The notes beneath the pieces were generated by a model. That model was not told the origin of the DNA. It did no database searches and saw only the letters and a program-made list of their open reading frames with translations. A program made the translations under genes and the position numbers. Source: Azolla caroliniana (lineage: Eukaryota; Plantae; Polypodiophyta). From it: a DNA stretch of 64,000 nt. Below, piece after piece: positions 50,693 through 62,094 of this stretch. The stretch is taken from assembly GCA_043228905.1 (NCBI GenBank), contig JBHGNT010000010.1, forward strand, positions 16,554,001-16,618,000, written 5' to 3'. Position 1 is the stretch's first letter; each line of letters starts with the position of its first letter.

Positions 50693-51351
50693 TGGGAATC
50701 GGCAACAATTCGGTTTGGGCTTAACCAGCCTAAACCGTTTTGGGGTTCTCAAACCTAAACCAAACCAAACCGAACTGATCCCTAGACCGGTTTAGGAACC
50801 GGTTTGGGACAAAAAAGCTTTGAGGTGTGAAGAAACCCAAATAACACCACTACCACTTCCTCCTACTCTTCTTCTCCTTTGCATTAACTCCCACCCCCTC
50901 GGCCTTACCACGGATGAGTCCAAATTCAACTCCAAGTCCCTTCTCTGCGACTCCCTCTCCTTAGACTACTATGATTGGTCGGTTGACATCCATGAATCCC
51001 CTGCCTCTCACCACCTGAACCACGATCCCCGAGGCTATGGCGACCTGTCACTCTCAGTGATCCAATCCTTCTTCAAAGAATGTATATAACAACAAGGAGG
51101 TCCTCTAATCATCCACTACAATCTCGTCACTCGACAATTAGTTACCTATGGTTTTGTATAAGTGTCTTTGTCAACTTTCACGTTTTAACTTCTAACTTCT
51201 AAGTGTCTACTTTCTAACTTTCTAAACCCTAATTCTTAAATCACATAAATGGCTTAACCGGTTTGAGCCGGTTTGGCAAGGCTCAAGCCGAGCCGAGCCA
51301 CAAGCCGTTTAAAACCGGTTTAGGCTTGAGCCGAGCCGTTGCCGATCACTA
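50693..51351. mobile_element. hAT-type non-autonomous element (family B), inverted relative to the 14520 copy, with a different interior
   Basis: Ends TGGGAATCGGCAAC / CCGTTGCCGATCACTA; 8-bp TSD ATTAGCAG/ATTAGCAA (1 mismatch); arms homologous to 14520-14984. Confidence 0.85.
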
Positions 51352-54300
51352 ATTAGCAATCAAGGTAGGGCTCATCAAAGGCTCATCAAATAATCAAGAT
51401 GGTCATCAATTGTAGCCATCATATTAAACATTGAGATTTCGTGTTGTTTTATGCCTATGACAAGCTTGTGGGAATCATGGTGAAAACTTTTATATTATGT
51501 TAGTATATTGCTTAATACAACATTTAATTCATACGCGATGCACATTTCTTCATCAACAGTTAAATCCGTGTTAAATAACAAAGCATACCTTGCAATGTCA
51601 AATATTTTACCAGCCTATAGTGATACAAAAGGGATATTGTGATCTTATCTTCTAGTGATAATTTTCAAAAGTTTTGATAAAAGTTGTTGATTTCCATGCA
51701 CATTCGAGTGAATGTGAATCAGTGCTACTTGATCTTTGTATGGAATAAAAACAAAATGGTGGTGTAGAATTATGACCCTTCCCTAATTAATGTTGTTTGG
51801 GGTATATAATCATTGAGGTTTACATTAAAAAAGGCAATTGCATGCATTCATTTCATAGGAAGCAAGTAAAACATTCAAAACAAAAGAATGATGTGAATTA
51901 TTCAAATCAAAATTCTTGTCAATTGATAAAAAAACATATGAATATATCTCAAAAAGCCAACAACTCCCTTTTTAACGTGTCATAAAAGGTTTAGAGAATC
52001 TCTCGAGGATACAAGTGTTATAAGAGCTTTACAACAACAATATTCCCCGATTTTGTCAAAAGTCGAGAGTGTACTAGTAACTTTATTTCACCTTAAACAA
52101 TTATTTATGGCCTTGATGAGTCTTTAATATTTTATGATATGCTTGATGTCAAAGAGTTTCACTGTAGAAAGATAGAAAAGTTTTGCGGTAGATCAACTTT
52201 TGCCGGCTTTTACAATTGGTACCATCCTCGTTCTCAACAAAGGCAACATGTTTTGGTATTATTGAATGAAAAGCTAAAATGAGAACAATGAGAATGAAAG
52301 CCTTCTTAGTTCATGAACATCTCAAGGTTACAATCTCAATTATGGAGTAATCCCTCAGACTTTTCATTGTGTACCTTCCTAGTTCTCTACAAAGTGTGAT
52401 AATATATTGCTTTTTTTATGTGATAACTATAAGCTTAAAAGAACTAGAAGAACGTAGACAATAAGAAATTTGGGAAAGTAAGAGGCCACTTTATTATAAT
52501 TGGCTTTAAATTCATGACGTAACAAATCTCACATATTTCCAAAATGCTCCAGTTTTCGTGCTAAGTTGTTTTTAACTTTTAGAACTGGCAATTTGAATAA
52601 TTAGTTCAATAATGTTACATTAACCTATTTGTGGTTCATAAGCTTCTTAGTTTATGGTGTCCATCTCTTTATATTTTACATGGGTGTGAATATTTCACAA
52701 TCACTAAAATATTAATAAGCACAACAAATATGTACACGATAATTGCTAATTATGTGGGTAAACAATTGCATATAAATGAATCAACAAAATATGTTGGTGG
52801 CAAGCCTCTTGATCTTTCACAAGGAATATGTTTAGGGGATTTAGATAAATGCAAAATTTTGTGTCGGAGACAAGCTCTACACAATAAATTGATCGAAGTG
52901 TGGATGCAAGTTGGAATTCATCCTGGTTATAACTTAAGGTTGATTCTATTTCTGAATATGATGACAATGTAAAGCATACTTATTAGTAAGAATCTTAACT
53001 TTAATTAGCATGTCAATTTATAAAACTTCAAATGGTTGAGGAGGGCTGGGTGTAAAGTATCATCAATATAGAGCTTGGTGGTAGTAGCGAGTACTCAAAT
53101 GGTAACACATCCAAACTAGTGAAATGAGAAAACTTCCAAGCTTCTCGATCTTGGAGAAATTCCATTGGTTTTGATTGTTCGCTTAACGATAACATGAAAT
53201 GTACTTATAACACATGTAGTCTTTTGAACCTAGGAATTAAATATGTTTGAAAAGGTAATTCCATCTAATCACTATAATAATAATAAATTGATGTCACTAG
53301 AGGGAGCTAAAGATTTATGATCCCTTCTTGAAATCTTATTTATGTACTTGGTTTCTGGAATAGAATGGCACATGGTTAGTGGCCTTTGCTCCCACCATGT
53401 GCTCATATGCAAAATGGTCGCCAATATTTTGTTAGTGTATATTCTATAGGCATGGAATATTGAACGCCAATATTTTGTCTAGTGTATGTTCAAATAGTCC
53501 ACATAACCTATTAGATAGGGAAGAAACGAAAAAACATGATAGGGATACAAAATGCAATAAATTGAGTTTTTGTATTTCAATGAGCATATTAGATGGGCGC
53601 CCTCCAATAATTAGCAGCTCATAAGAGATTAAACAAATGCTACAGGATACAAAGGAATGTACAAAAATGAACACATAATGAACACATACACAATGTACTC
53701 CAACAAACGGTTATAAATCTATAAGTAGATCTCTCGGGGATATCCATTTGCTTCTCTGTGGGGTCTTTAAATCTATTATGTTATGATGTTATATTTATAA
53801 CACCATTGATTACTAATTTATATGGACCCCATATTAGTGCTCCGTCAATTTCAATGAGGATAAACAATTGGCCACGTGTACTCGCCCTCAAAGTGATTAA
53901 TTGTTTTGTAAATCGTTTGTTCCTTAATCTTATGAATTTATTTGTAGCAAACAGATCTCATATTCAGTTTACTCACGCTTATTATGACACTATAAGCTCA
54001 TTGGTTGTCTTCTTTAGTCTTTTTTTTTCCAAAAAAATTACTACTTCCATCAGTTAAGAAAAAGAACATAGGATAATATACAACTCATATGTTACAAGCC
54101 AATTTGCATGGCTACAAGAAAACATGTATAAAGGAAACAACAAAACCTCAACATAGTAGTACTTGACAGAATCCCCTCAACATGAGCCTCACACAACCCA
54201 CATTCAACAAAGACAACCTCCAATCTCTTCACATTTTAGCACCCACCTCTATGTTGGTTGTCTTCTTTAGTCTTGACTTCACAATGCTTGACCCCTAATT

Positions 54301-54691
54301 GAAGAATACTAGTTCCTGCCATTCTTATAGGTGTGTAAGTGTCCAAGCTAACAATAGTCCAAAATCTAACCTTGCGTTATTGTGGCTAAAAGCAACCTAA
54401 TGAGTTGGTACAATGAAACATAGCAGAACTTATATTAAGAGGAGTTTGTTCCCCATAGTTGCAATTCCTTTGGTGACAAGCCAAGGAAACCAATTTCAAT
54501 ATTTAAAAACAATAATAACTGTGTTACTTCATTTGAAAATCTATTGAGGAAGTGTTTTCAAAATTCAATCATCGATATATAATGGGAATTATTTTATCTG
54601 ATTCCTTCCTCCACGCATTGTTGTGATCACGCACATGTGTGTGCTACACGATCGGTACCACGGGGGTCTTGGACTAGGGAGGATCCTTAGG

Positions 54692-54938
54692 CTCGAAGGG
54701 AGCTTAGACTCTAACAAAGCTCAGAGTTGGAGAGAGCCTAATGTCAAATAGAGCTCAAACTCAACGGGAGATCAGATTCGAATAGAACTCATATTCAAAG
54801 GGAGCGTAGAGTCAAATGGACCCTAGCCTTAAAGTTATCGTAGACTCGACCAAAGCCTAGAGTCAAACAAAGCCCAAACTCGAAGGGAGCTCCGAGTCGA
54901 AGGCAACACAGACTCAAACAAGCTCAGAGTCGAAGGGC
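54692..54938. repeat. Degenerate 17-bp minisatellite (~15 units) within a possible solo-LTR-like segment (~54622-55248)
   Basis: Units such as CTCGAAGGGAGCTTAGA, CTCTAACAAAGCTCAGA and GTCAAATAGAGCTCAAA. The segment is bounded by TGTGAT...ATCACA but no TSD was found. Confidence 0.75.
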
Positions 54939-55473
54939 GAAACCTGTTTTGAAACTCTCTCTCTCTCTCTCTCTTAGAGTCGATGGGACAAATGTGGAGC
55001 CTCACACTTCACACATTATACTACACATGTTGCACCTAACTACAAAACCATATTCTTCGCGGAACAGGGAAACCATACACATTGAGATATGTTAGATACC
55101 ATCCCGTTATCTACCATTCGAACCATTGCTTCCATGTGACTTAGCTCACATGCATTGCGATGTGAGACGGGGCATTGCGGTACAAGTGATGAGTGTGGCC
55201 GACTATGCACACTTTACCCTAAACAAGTTCGAGAGTCTGAGTATCACACTTTGATATTGTCAGAACCAAGAGAAAAGATAGAGTGACAGAAGAAAGATAT
55301 AAAGAGATCACAAGAAGAGAGGAATGAAATGATAAGAGAAGAATGAATGTATTAGATAGGATGAGAATGGATACAAGATAGGTGATGAGAGCTTAAGACT
55401 GGTGTTGATTCAAATTGGTTTGCGAAGAATTGTATGTCTATATTTATAGGTTCCTATAGAATAGCCTAGAGAT

Positions 55474-55552
55474 TTCTATAATGTTCTAGAATGTTCTAGA
55501 CCTAGAATATTCTAAGATGTTCTAGGATATTCTAGAATGTTCTAGAATGTTC
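55474..55552. promoter_or_regulatory. Heat-shock element array in the Gypsy 3' LTR
   Basis: TTCtaGAAtgTTCtaGAAtgTTC at 55530-55552 and TTCtaGAAtgTTC at 55484-55496; upstream (element sense) of a minus-strand TATAAATA at ~55441-55448. Confidence 0.8.
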
Positions 55553-55644
55553 GAGAGTATTTACAATAATCAGTGTATTACAAGAAGTAGCTTTTATCAT
55601 CTCATATAATCATAGGCTATCTTAATGGTTAGGTTCTATAAGAT

Positions 55645-58600
55645 TAGGATGAAAGTTTGCTTCATTAATTCGTGCAGTGATGAGAAAAGGACCTAGATGC
55701 GTTGATAATCGAGCTTTTCACATGGCCAGGTAGTCTTGATATGACGATGAAGAAACTATACTTGGTCACCAACCTTAAAAGGAGACTTAAGATGGTGGCG
55801 ATCTGCGTTGGTCTTATGTTGTGCTTGAGTTGTCTGAAGATGTGAAGATAGTGCTAACTAGATTCGGTGTAGTCGATGAAGGTGATGCCCAGCACTCGGG
55901 TTTTGTGCGACCTTGGGAAGATCCAAGATTCACCATCGAGGATGGTTGCTAATGTAGGCAAAGAGAGGTGTAACCTTGGTAGAAGAGTGTACCGTGTTAT
56001 TGTATGCAAACTCAGCAAGATGCAAAATATTACTCCAATCATCTTGTTGATAATTGATGAAGCATCGAAGATACTGTTCGAGCATTTGATTTGTGCGCTC
56101 GGTTTGTCCGTCGGTTTGTGGATGATAAGCCGAAGAGAGTTTGCAGGAGATTTTGAGGCCTGCCCATAGCTGCTTCCAAAAGTGAGAGATAAATTGAGGA
56201 CCATGATCGGTAATTATATCGTCTGGAAGACCATGATGGCAAAACACTTCACACATAATGATATCTGCAGTTTCCTGACTACTGATGCTCTTTACACATG
56301 GTAAAAAATGTGTCATCTTGGTAAATCCGTCCACTATTGTTAAAATAGTATCAAAGCCTTTTGAAGGTGGCAGATCCATAATGAAATCCATAGAAATAGA
56401 TTGCCATGGCTTGGTTGGAGGTGGTAATGGTTGTAACAAGCCATAAGGATGATGCTTGGGTATTTTGGCTCGACAATAGGTGTCACATGTACGAATGTAA
56501 TCTTTGACAAAGTTTTGCAAATGAGGCCACCAAAACGAGTGCTTCACCAACTCCATGGTCTTGGCAATACCAAAATGTTCAGCCATAGGGGCATTATGAC
56601 AATGCTCTAATACTTCAAGGCGGGGTGATCCATCAGGAACGTAAAGGAGATTCTTGTAAAAGATTAAGTCATCTTGCCACTTGAAGTCTTGATAGTGTTG
56701 AGATGACCCTTGTAATGTGGAGCAAGATGCATGGCTTGGACTAATGTGGGCCAAGACATCCTTAGTGAAATCATCAGAGTGAAGTCGTTGACGAATAGTA
56801 TCAACAAGGTGTGAATCAAGCGGCGTGGCATAAACTGTTGTTGCTTGTAGCTTTGATGGACCTAGGAGAATTTGCTTTTGATTGTCGAAGGCCGGATCTC
56901 CAAGTCGAGGTGCAAGATATGAATGTCGAGATAAAGCATCTACCTTCCCTTGTTGTTTCCCAGGGTGGAAAACGATCTTGAAATCAAAATGAGTTAGAAA
57001 TTGTGCTCACCGAGCTTGTCTCCTATTTAACACTCGAGCCGTTTGAAAATACATAAGATTTTTGTGATCACTATAAATGATGATTTGATGAGGCGATCCT
57101 TCCAAGAAATGTCATCATTGCTCGAAAGAGTCGACCACAACTAGTAACTCCTTGTCATGCACCTCGTAGTTCATCTCCGCAACAATAATTTTTTTTGAAT
57201 GAAATGCGACTGGATGGGACTGCCCACTCTTGCCTAGTTGTGATAGGATACTCCCCAATGCAAAGTCTGACACATTCGCATCAATGGTAAATAGCTTTTC
57301 GAGATCAATATGTGCTAAGATAGGAGGTGATGTGAATGCCTCTTTGAGCCAAGTAAAGGTTGTGTCCGCTTCAATAGTCCAAACAAACACTTGATTTTTC
57401 TTGGTGAGTTGGGTGAGAGGCAACATGATATTTGAATAATTCCATATGAATTTGCAATAGAAGTTAGCAAATCTGAGGAAACATTGGACGTCTCAAATAG
57501 AACGTGGGGGTTGCCATTCCAATATTGTTTTGACTTTTGCTGGATCCATGAAGATACCCTTGGATGAAATAGTATAACCCAAGAATTTGACTTGTTCGCT
57601 GTCAAAATTGCACTTCTCAAGTTTGGCATACAGACCATACTTTCTTAAGCATCACGTACTTTCCAGACATGTATATCATGCCCCTCTTGTGTTTTAGAGT
57701 AAATCAACAGATCATCTAAATAGATGATGAGAAAGATATCTAGAAAATATTGGAAAATGTCATTTGCCATATGTTGGAAAACTGTGGGTGCATTTGTGAG
57801 CCCGAATGGCATGATTGTATCCTCGAAATGACCATACCGAGTGCGAAATGCAGTTTTCCACTCATCTCCCGGTCAAATGAGAAAATCCTTTGTAAAATGC
57901 TTTGCCCCACCAATGTGCTCTAAAAGACTAGAGATTAAAGGTAGAGCATACCTATTTCTTATGGTCCATGACCAAACGAAGCGAACCGTCCTCGATAGTC
58001 CACGACCAAACGAAGCGAACCGTCCTTTTTCTTCACAAAAAATGTAGGAGCACTTTGCATGTCGAATAAACCCATGTGCAAGATCCTCCTCGATGTATTC
58101 TCGAAGAACCTCAAGCTCAGTTGGTGATAGATTGTAGATCGGACCCCACGGTGGCTCTTTTCCTGGTTGGAGGTCAATGGGACAGTCGTACGACCGATGC
58201 TTTGGAAGTACACTAGCTTTGACTTTGTCGAAAACATCAACATATTCTTGATATTTTTCGGGAATTTGGATGTCTTAATTCCCTTGAGTGGCACTCAAAG
58301 GTGTCACTTATATTGCAAATAAGAAAAGTTCCTCCTTTCCTCTCACTTGGGACACTTGTTGCAATTGTTGCAATGTGATGGTTGAGATTTGATGAAAAGG
58401 AGATGGTGCATTGGTAGAACTATAATCTTTAAGGGAATAGTCCTAGGTTAGATCCTTAGCAATGATGTTTTTTGCTGAAGGGCACCAAATTTCTCGCCTA
58501 CTCCAATCGATTATTGGGTTATGTAGCTCGAACCATGGCAAACCAAGGACAATTGGATGCTCGGGGCTACAGATTATGTTAAAGGAAACTACCAAGGAAA

Positions 58601-60139
58601 CTAGAGTATGTGTATTGGCTCAGACTCTTCGAATATCTTCTCCGAAGCCATGGGACGTCCATCAATCACTACTATGGAAACTGGGCAAGGAAGGGTATGC
58701 AAGGATATTTGATGTTTTTGGGCAAAATCTCTATCCATGAAACAAGAATTGGCTACGGTATCTAAGAGGGCTTGGACTTGAAGTTGACAACTCGGTGTCC
58801 TAACTTGTACTTGGGCTGAGAAGACTCTACTAACATGCTTGGATGAACTGGAACCTACACTTGGTTGTATAGATCTAGGGTTGTCCAACCAAATGGCTCC
58901 TATTTTGGCTGGACTTATTCGTTTGACTCCTCTTCTAATTGGCTTAGGACTTCAAACTTATTGGACAAGGGTGGATTATTCATAATATTAGAATCACTAA
59001 GTACTTCTAAAATTTTTGACTAATTTTTATTGTCATAATGAATTTGATTTACCTTACATCTCGGCCTACGGGAGCAATGAATGGCTATATGTCCTAGACC
59101 TCCACAATATAAGCATAGACGGTTTGCTCGACGTCGTTGCTTCTCTTTGTCTAACAATGGTCCTCGTTGTTGGGTCATATCGATCTCCATGGGTGTAGGC
59201 CTATCCATTGGGGCTGGACTCCGTGTTTGCCTTGGAGATAATTGCGTCGTTACTGATGCATAAGTTGGTGTGAATCTTGATCTTGTTATTTGTTGTTGTC
59301 GCTCACATCGACGCTCAAAAAGACAATTATCATACCATATTGCTCGAATAATAGCTTCTGGAAGTGATTTTGGATCCTCGGGGAAGGTAAGAAGTAAGTT
59401 CTTCACATCACTATAAAGACCGGAACAAAATTGCTCCATTAGGGCTTGTTCATCCCAAGAAATATTGTTTGCAATGAGACAAAAATTGGCTGCATATGTC
59501 GATGCTGGCTGATCACCTTGACGTAGTGTATGAATCTTGTTGTTTGTTGTTCTTGCCCATCTGTATCTTCGAAGCAAGCCTTAAATTCTTTGATAAACTC
59601 CTCAAAATTATGTAGTGAGAGGAGAGTTTGTCTCTAGTAATGGAGCAAACCATGACAATGCTATGTCAGTCAATAAGGTGCCCACTAACCCGACTCGTGA
59701 TGCATCTGTCGGATAACGTGTGGGATGCATTTGAATCACCAACCGCACTTGATTCAAGAAACCTCGGAAATGTGCCCTCGAACCATCAAATTTAGTTGGG
59801 AGGCTGATTTTGGGCTCCTTGATAATTCCTTGACCTTCGACCCTTTGTTGTTGTAAAACTACGATTGTCAATTCTAATTGTTGCACCCGTTGCGTAAACT
59901 CCTCTTCTTCTTGTTGCTTCTCCATAGTAACCTTTTGTAGATATCCAAGAAGACGTTGATTCTCTAATTCAAGAGATGTGAATTGGGATTTAAGATTCTC
60001 CATTTCTACAACAAGGTTGAGATATTCTTCTGAGTTAATGAAGACGTTGATTCTCTAATTCAAGAGATGTGAATTGGGATTTAAGATTCTCCATTTCTAC
60101 AACAAGGTTGAGATATTCTTCTGAGTTAATGACGGCCAT
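55645..60139 (-). pseudogene. Gypsy gag-pol pseudogene
   Basis: Fragmented ORFs 59608-60003, 59020-59577, 58601-58888, 57959-58294, 57115-57426 and 55930-56754 in Gag-PR-RT-RH-INT order. Confidence 0.92.
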
Positions 60140-60409
60140 GGTTTCGTGATGTTTATTGAGGATAAAGGTAAGAGAGATAAATTCAAAAAAATCTGTCTGA
60201 ACCAAGAGAAAAGATAGAGTGACAGAAGAAAGATATAAAGAGATCATAATAAGAGAGGAATGAAATGATAAGAGAAGAATGAATGTATTAGATAGGATGA
60301 GAATGGATACAAGATAGGTGATGAGAGCTTAAGATTGGTGTTGATTCGAATTGGTTTGTGAAGAATTGTATGTCTATATTTATAGGTTCCTATAGATTAG
60401 CCTAGAGAT

Positions 60410-60488
60410 TTCTATAATGTTCTAGAATGTTCTAGACCTAGAATATTCTAAGATGTTCTAGGATATTCTAGAATGTTCTAGAATGTTC
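60410..60488. promoter_or_regulatory. Heat-shock element array in the Gypsy 5' LTR
   Basis: TTCtaGAAtgTTCtaGAAtgTTC at 60466-60488 and TTCtaGAAtgTTC at 60420-60432; minus-strand TATAAATA at ~60377-60384. Confidence 0.8.
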
Positions 60489-60647
60489 AAGAGTATTTAC
60501 AATAATCAGTGTATTACAAGAAGTAGCTTTTATCATCTCATATGATCATAGGCTATCTTAATGGTTAGTTTTTTGATTATGTATTACGAAGTCTTGGGTT
60601 CAAGCCCAGGTGAAGCCATGATGTTTATGTATTCATGATATAGATAT

Positions 60648-61457
60648 AATGCTCTGCCATTGATCATATTTGACCATGCTTTCCACATCTCTTCGACCGC
60701 GCCCAATCCTTCCACGAATTTCTCTCACAACCATAATGTGCACTCTTGATTGCAACATTCATTGGTAAAGTTCTTGAACATCAAGAGTCGTTACTCACTT
60801 TCAACGTATCACGTGAAATGTAATATTTTTGGTCTCATAGGTCATATTTGACCTTTGAAGACAATAATATAATCTCTCTCTCTCTCTCTCTCTCTTGCAA
60901 GACAACCATTAGTCTAACCATAGTGGGTAGGATGGGAGTGAAGACAAGATGAGTGGGCCGATGAGACCGTTGCTACCAGTGATGGCTTCAACATCACGAG
61001 TCGAGGTACTATTCTCAGGCCACTCCGTTCTCTCTACGTATGATCGGCATACGAGCTTGATGATCCACTCCACGAAGCTCCTCCAAGTGCAGTAGAAGAC
61101 ATTGAAGCCAAGAATACAAAGAATACAAAGAATACATAAGAGCTTGTGGTAGACTAGAATGCCCAAAATCCTCTTGGGCCCCCAAAATGTGCCCTCTGCC
61201 CCTCCTTTTATAGGAGGAGGTGCGCCCTTTGCATTCAATGCATATTCCTCCATCCGTGCCGCGCTCTTTGCAAAGTCTTTGCACATTTCACGTGATACAT
61301 ATGAAAGTGAGTAGCGACTCTCGATGTTCAAGAACTTTACCAATGAATCTTGCAATCGAGAGTGCACATTGTGGTTGTGAGAGAAATTCGTGCAAGGATT
61401 GGGCTCGGTCGAAGAGATGAGGAAAGCATGGTTGAATATGATCAAAGGCAGAGCATT
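60648..61457. repeat. Inverted repeat with ~174-bp arms (60648-60821 / 61283-61457) around an LTR-like spacer
   Basis: AATGCTCTGCC...TCACGTGAAATGT is the reverse complement, with scattered mismatches, of ACATTTCACGTGA...GGCAGAGCATT. Confidence 0.88.
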
Positions 61458-61474
61458 GAATCAAAGTGTGATAC

Positions 61475-62094
61475 TCAGACATCATCTGAATTTTTTTCCA
61501 ATGCCTTCATACACTTTTGTGCATCTCCGAAAGTATTTGCAAAAGGCACTACAACATCTACATATAGCAAAAGCATAATCACAACATTGCCAATGGCAAC
61601 TTCTTCAACACATTCTTCCTTTGCAAACTTGGTAACCATTTCTTCCAATTCATCAATGCATAGACCAAATAGTGTTGGTGAGAGTGGGAATCCTTGCTTA
61701 ACACCAATAGTGTTATTGAAAAAATCTGAAAGCCTATCTCTCATACGCACACAACATATAACCTTCTCATAAATTCGGGAAATTGCAAGCATATATTCAT
61801 GAAGATGTTCACCTCAAGTTCTTCCATTTACCTCCAAAGGTGTTCATGAGGTACCATATCAAAAGCTTTCTTGAAGTCTACAAAGCAACAATATAAACCT
61901 TTACCTTTAAGGCGACTTTCCTCCATTAATACTCTAAGGGTGACAAGGTGATCAATGGTGCTATGGTGTTTTTGAAAGCCAGCTTGTCCATAAGCTCTCT
62001 TACCATTTTTTTCAGCCCATGCACTTATCTTTGATTCCATTATACATCCAATTTATAGTTTTGCCATTAATAAGCCAACCGTGATGGTTCGATA
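61475..62094 (-). pseudogene. Non-LTR (RTE-like LINE) reverse transcriptase fragment, cut by the Copia LTR
   Basis: QAGFQKHHSTIDHL...FVDFKKAFDMV, GVKQGFPLSPTLFGLCID, LLLYVDVVV (decayed YADD). Confidence 0.88.

Larger units (their letters stand above)
55258..60577 (-). mobile_element. Decayed Ty3/Gypsy element (Tcn1/sushi-PEG10-like Gag)
   Basis: LTRs ~55258-55640 and ~60194-60577 (about 9 differences by eye; right ends degenerate, TSD not confirmed). Gag EPKISLPTKFDGSR...FLNQVRL and CLYCGGLGHIAIHC; PR LLDTVANSCF; RT FFVKKKDGSLRLVVDYRG; INT SMDFIMDLP...HPQTDGQTER. The integrase C-terminus and PPT appear deleted. Confidence 0.92.

Noticed and set aside
47900-54500. Numerous 60-113-aa ORFs
   Set aside because: No recognisable motifs or consistent splice structure; probably very old TE debris or chance ORFs.
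54668-54900. miR159/319-like sequence (TTGGACT..., GAAGGGAGCTCC)
   Set aside because: The matches are pieces of a 17-bp minisatellite; there is no contiguous mature miRNA or precursor hairpin.
60585-60620. tRNA-like GGGTTCAAGCCCAGGTGAAGCCA
   Set aside because: Short B-box-like match with no cloverleaf; at most a SINE relic.
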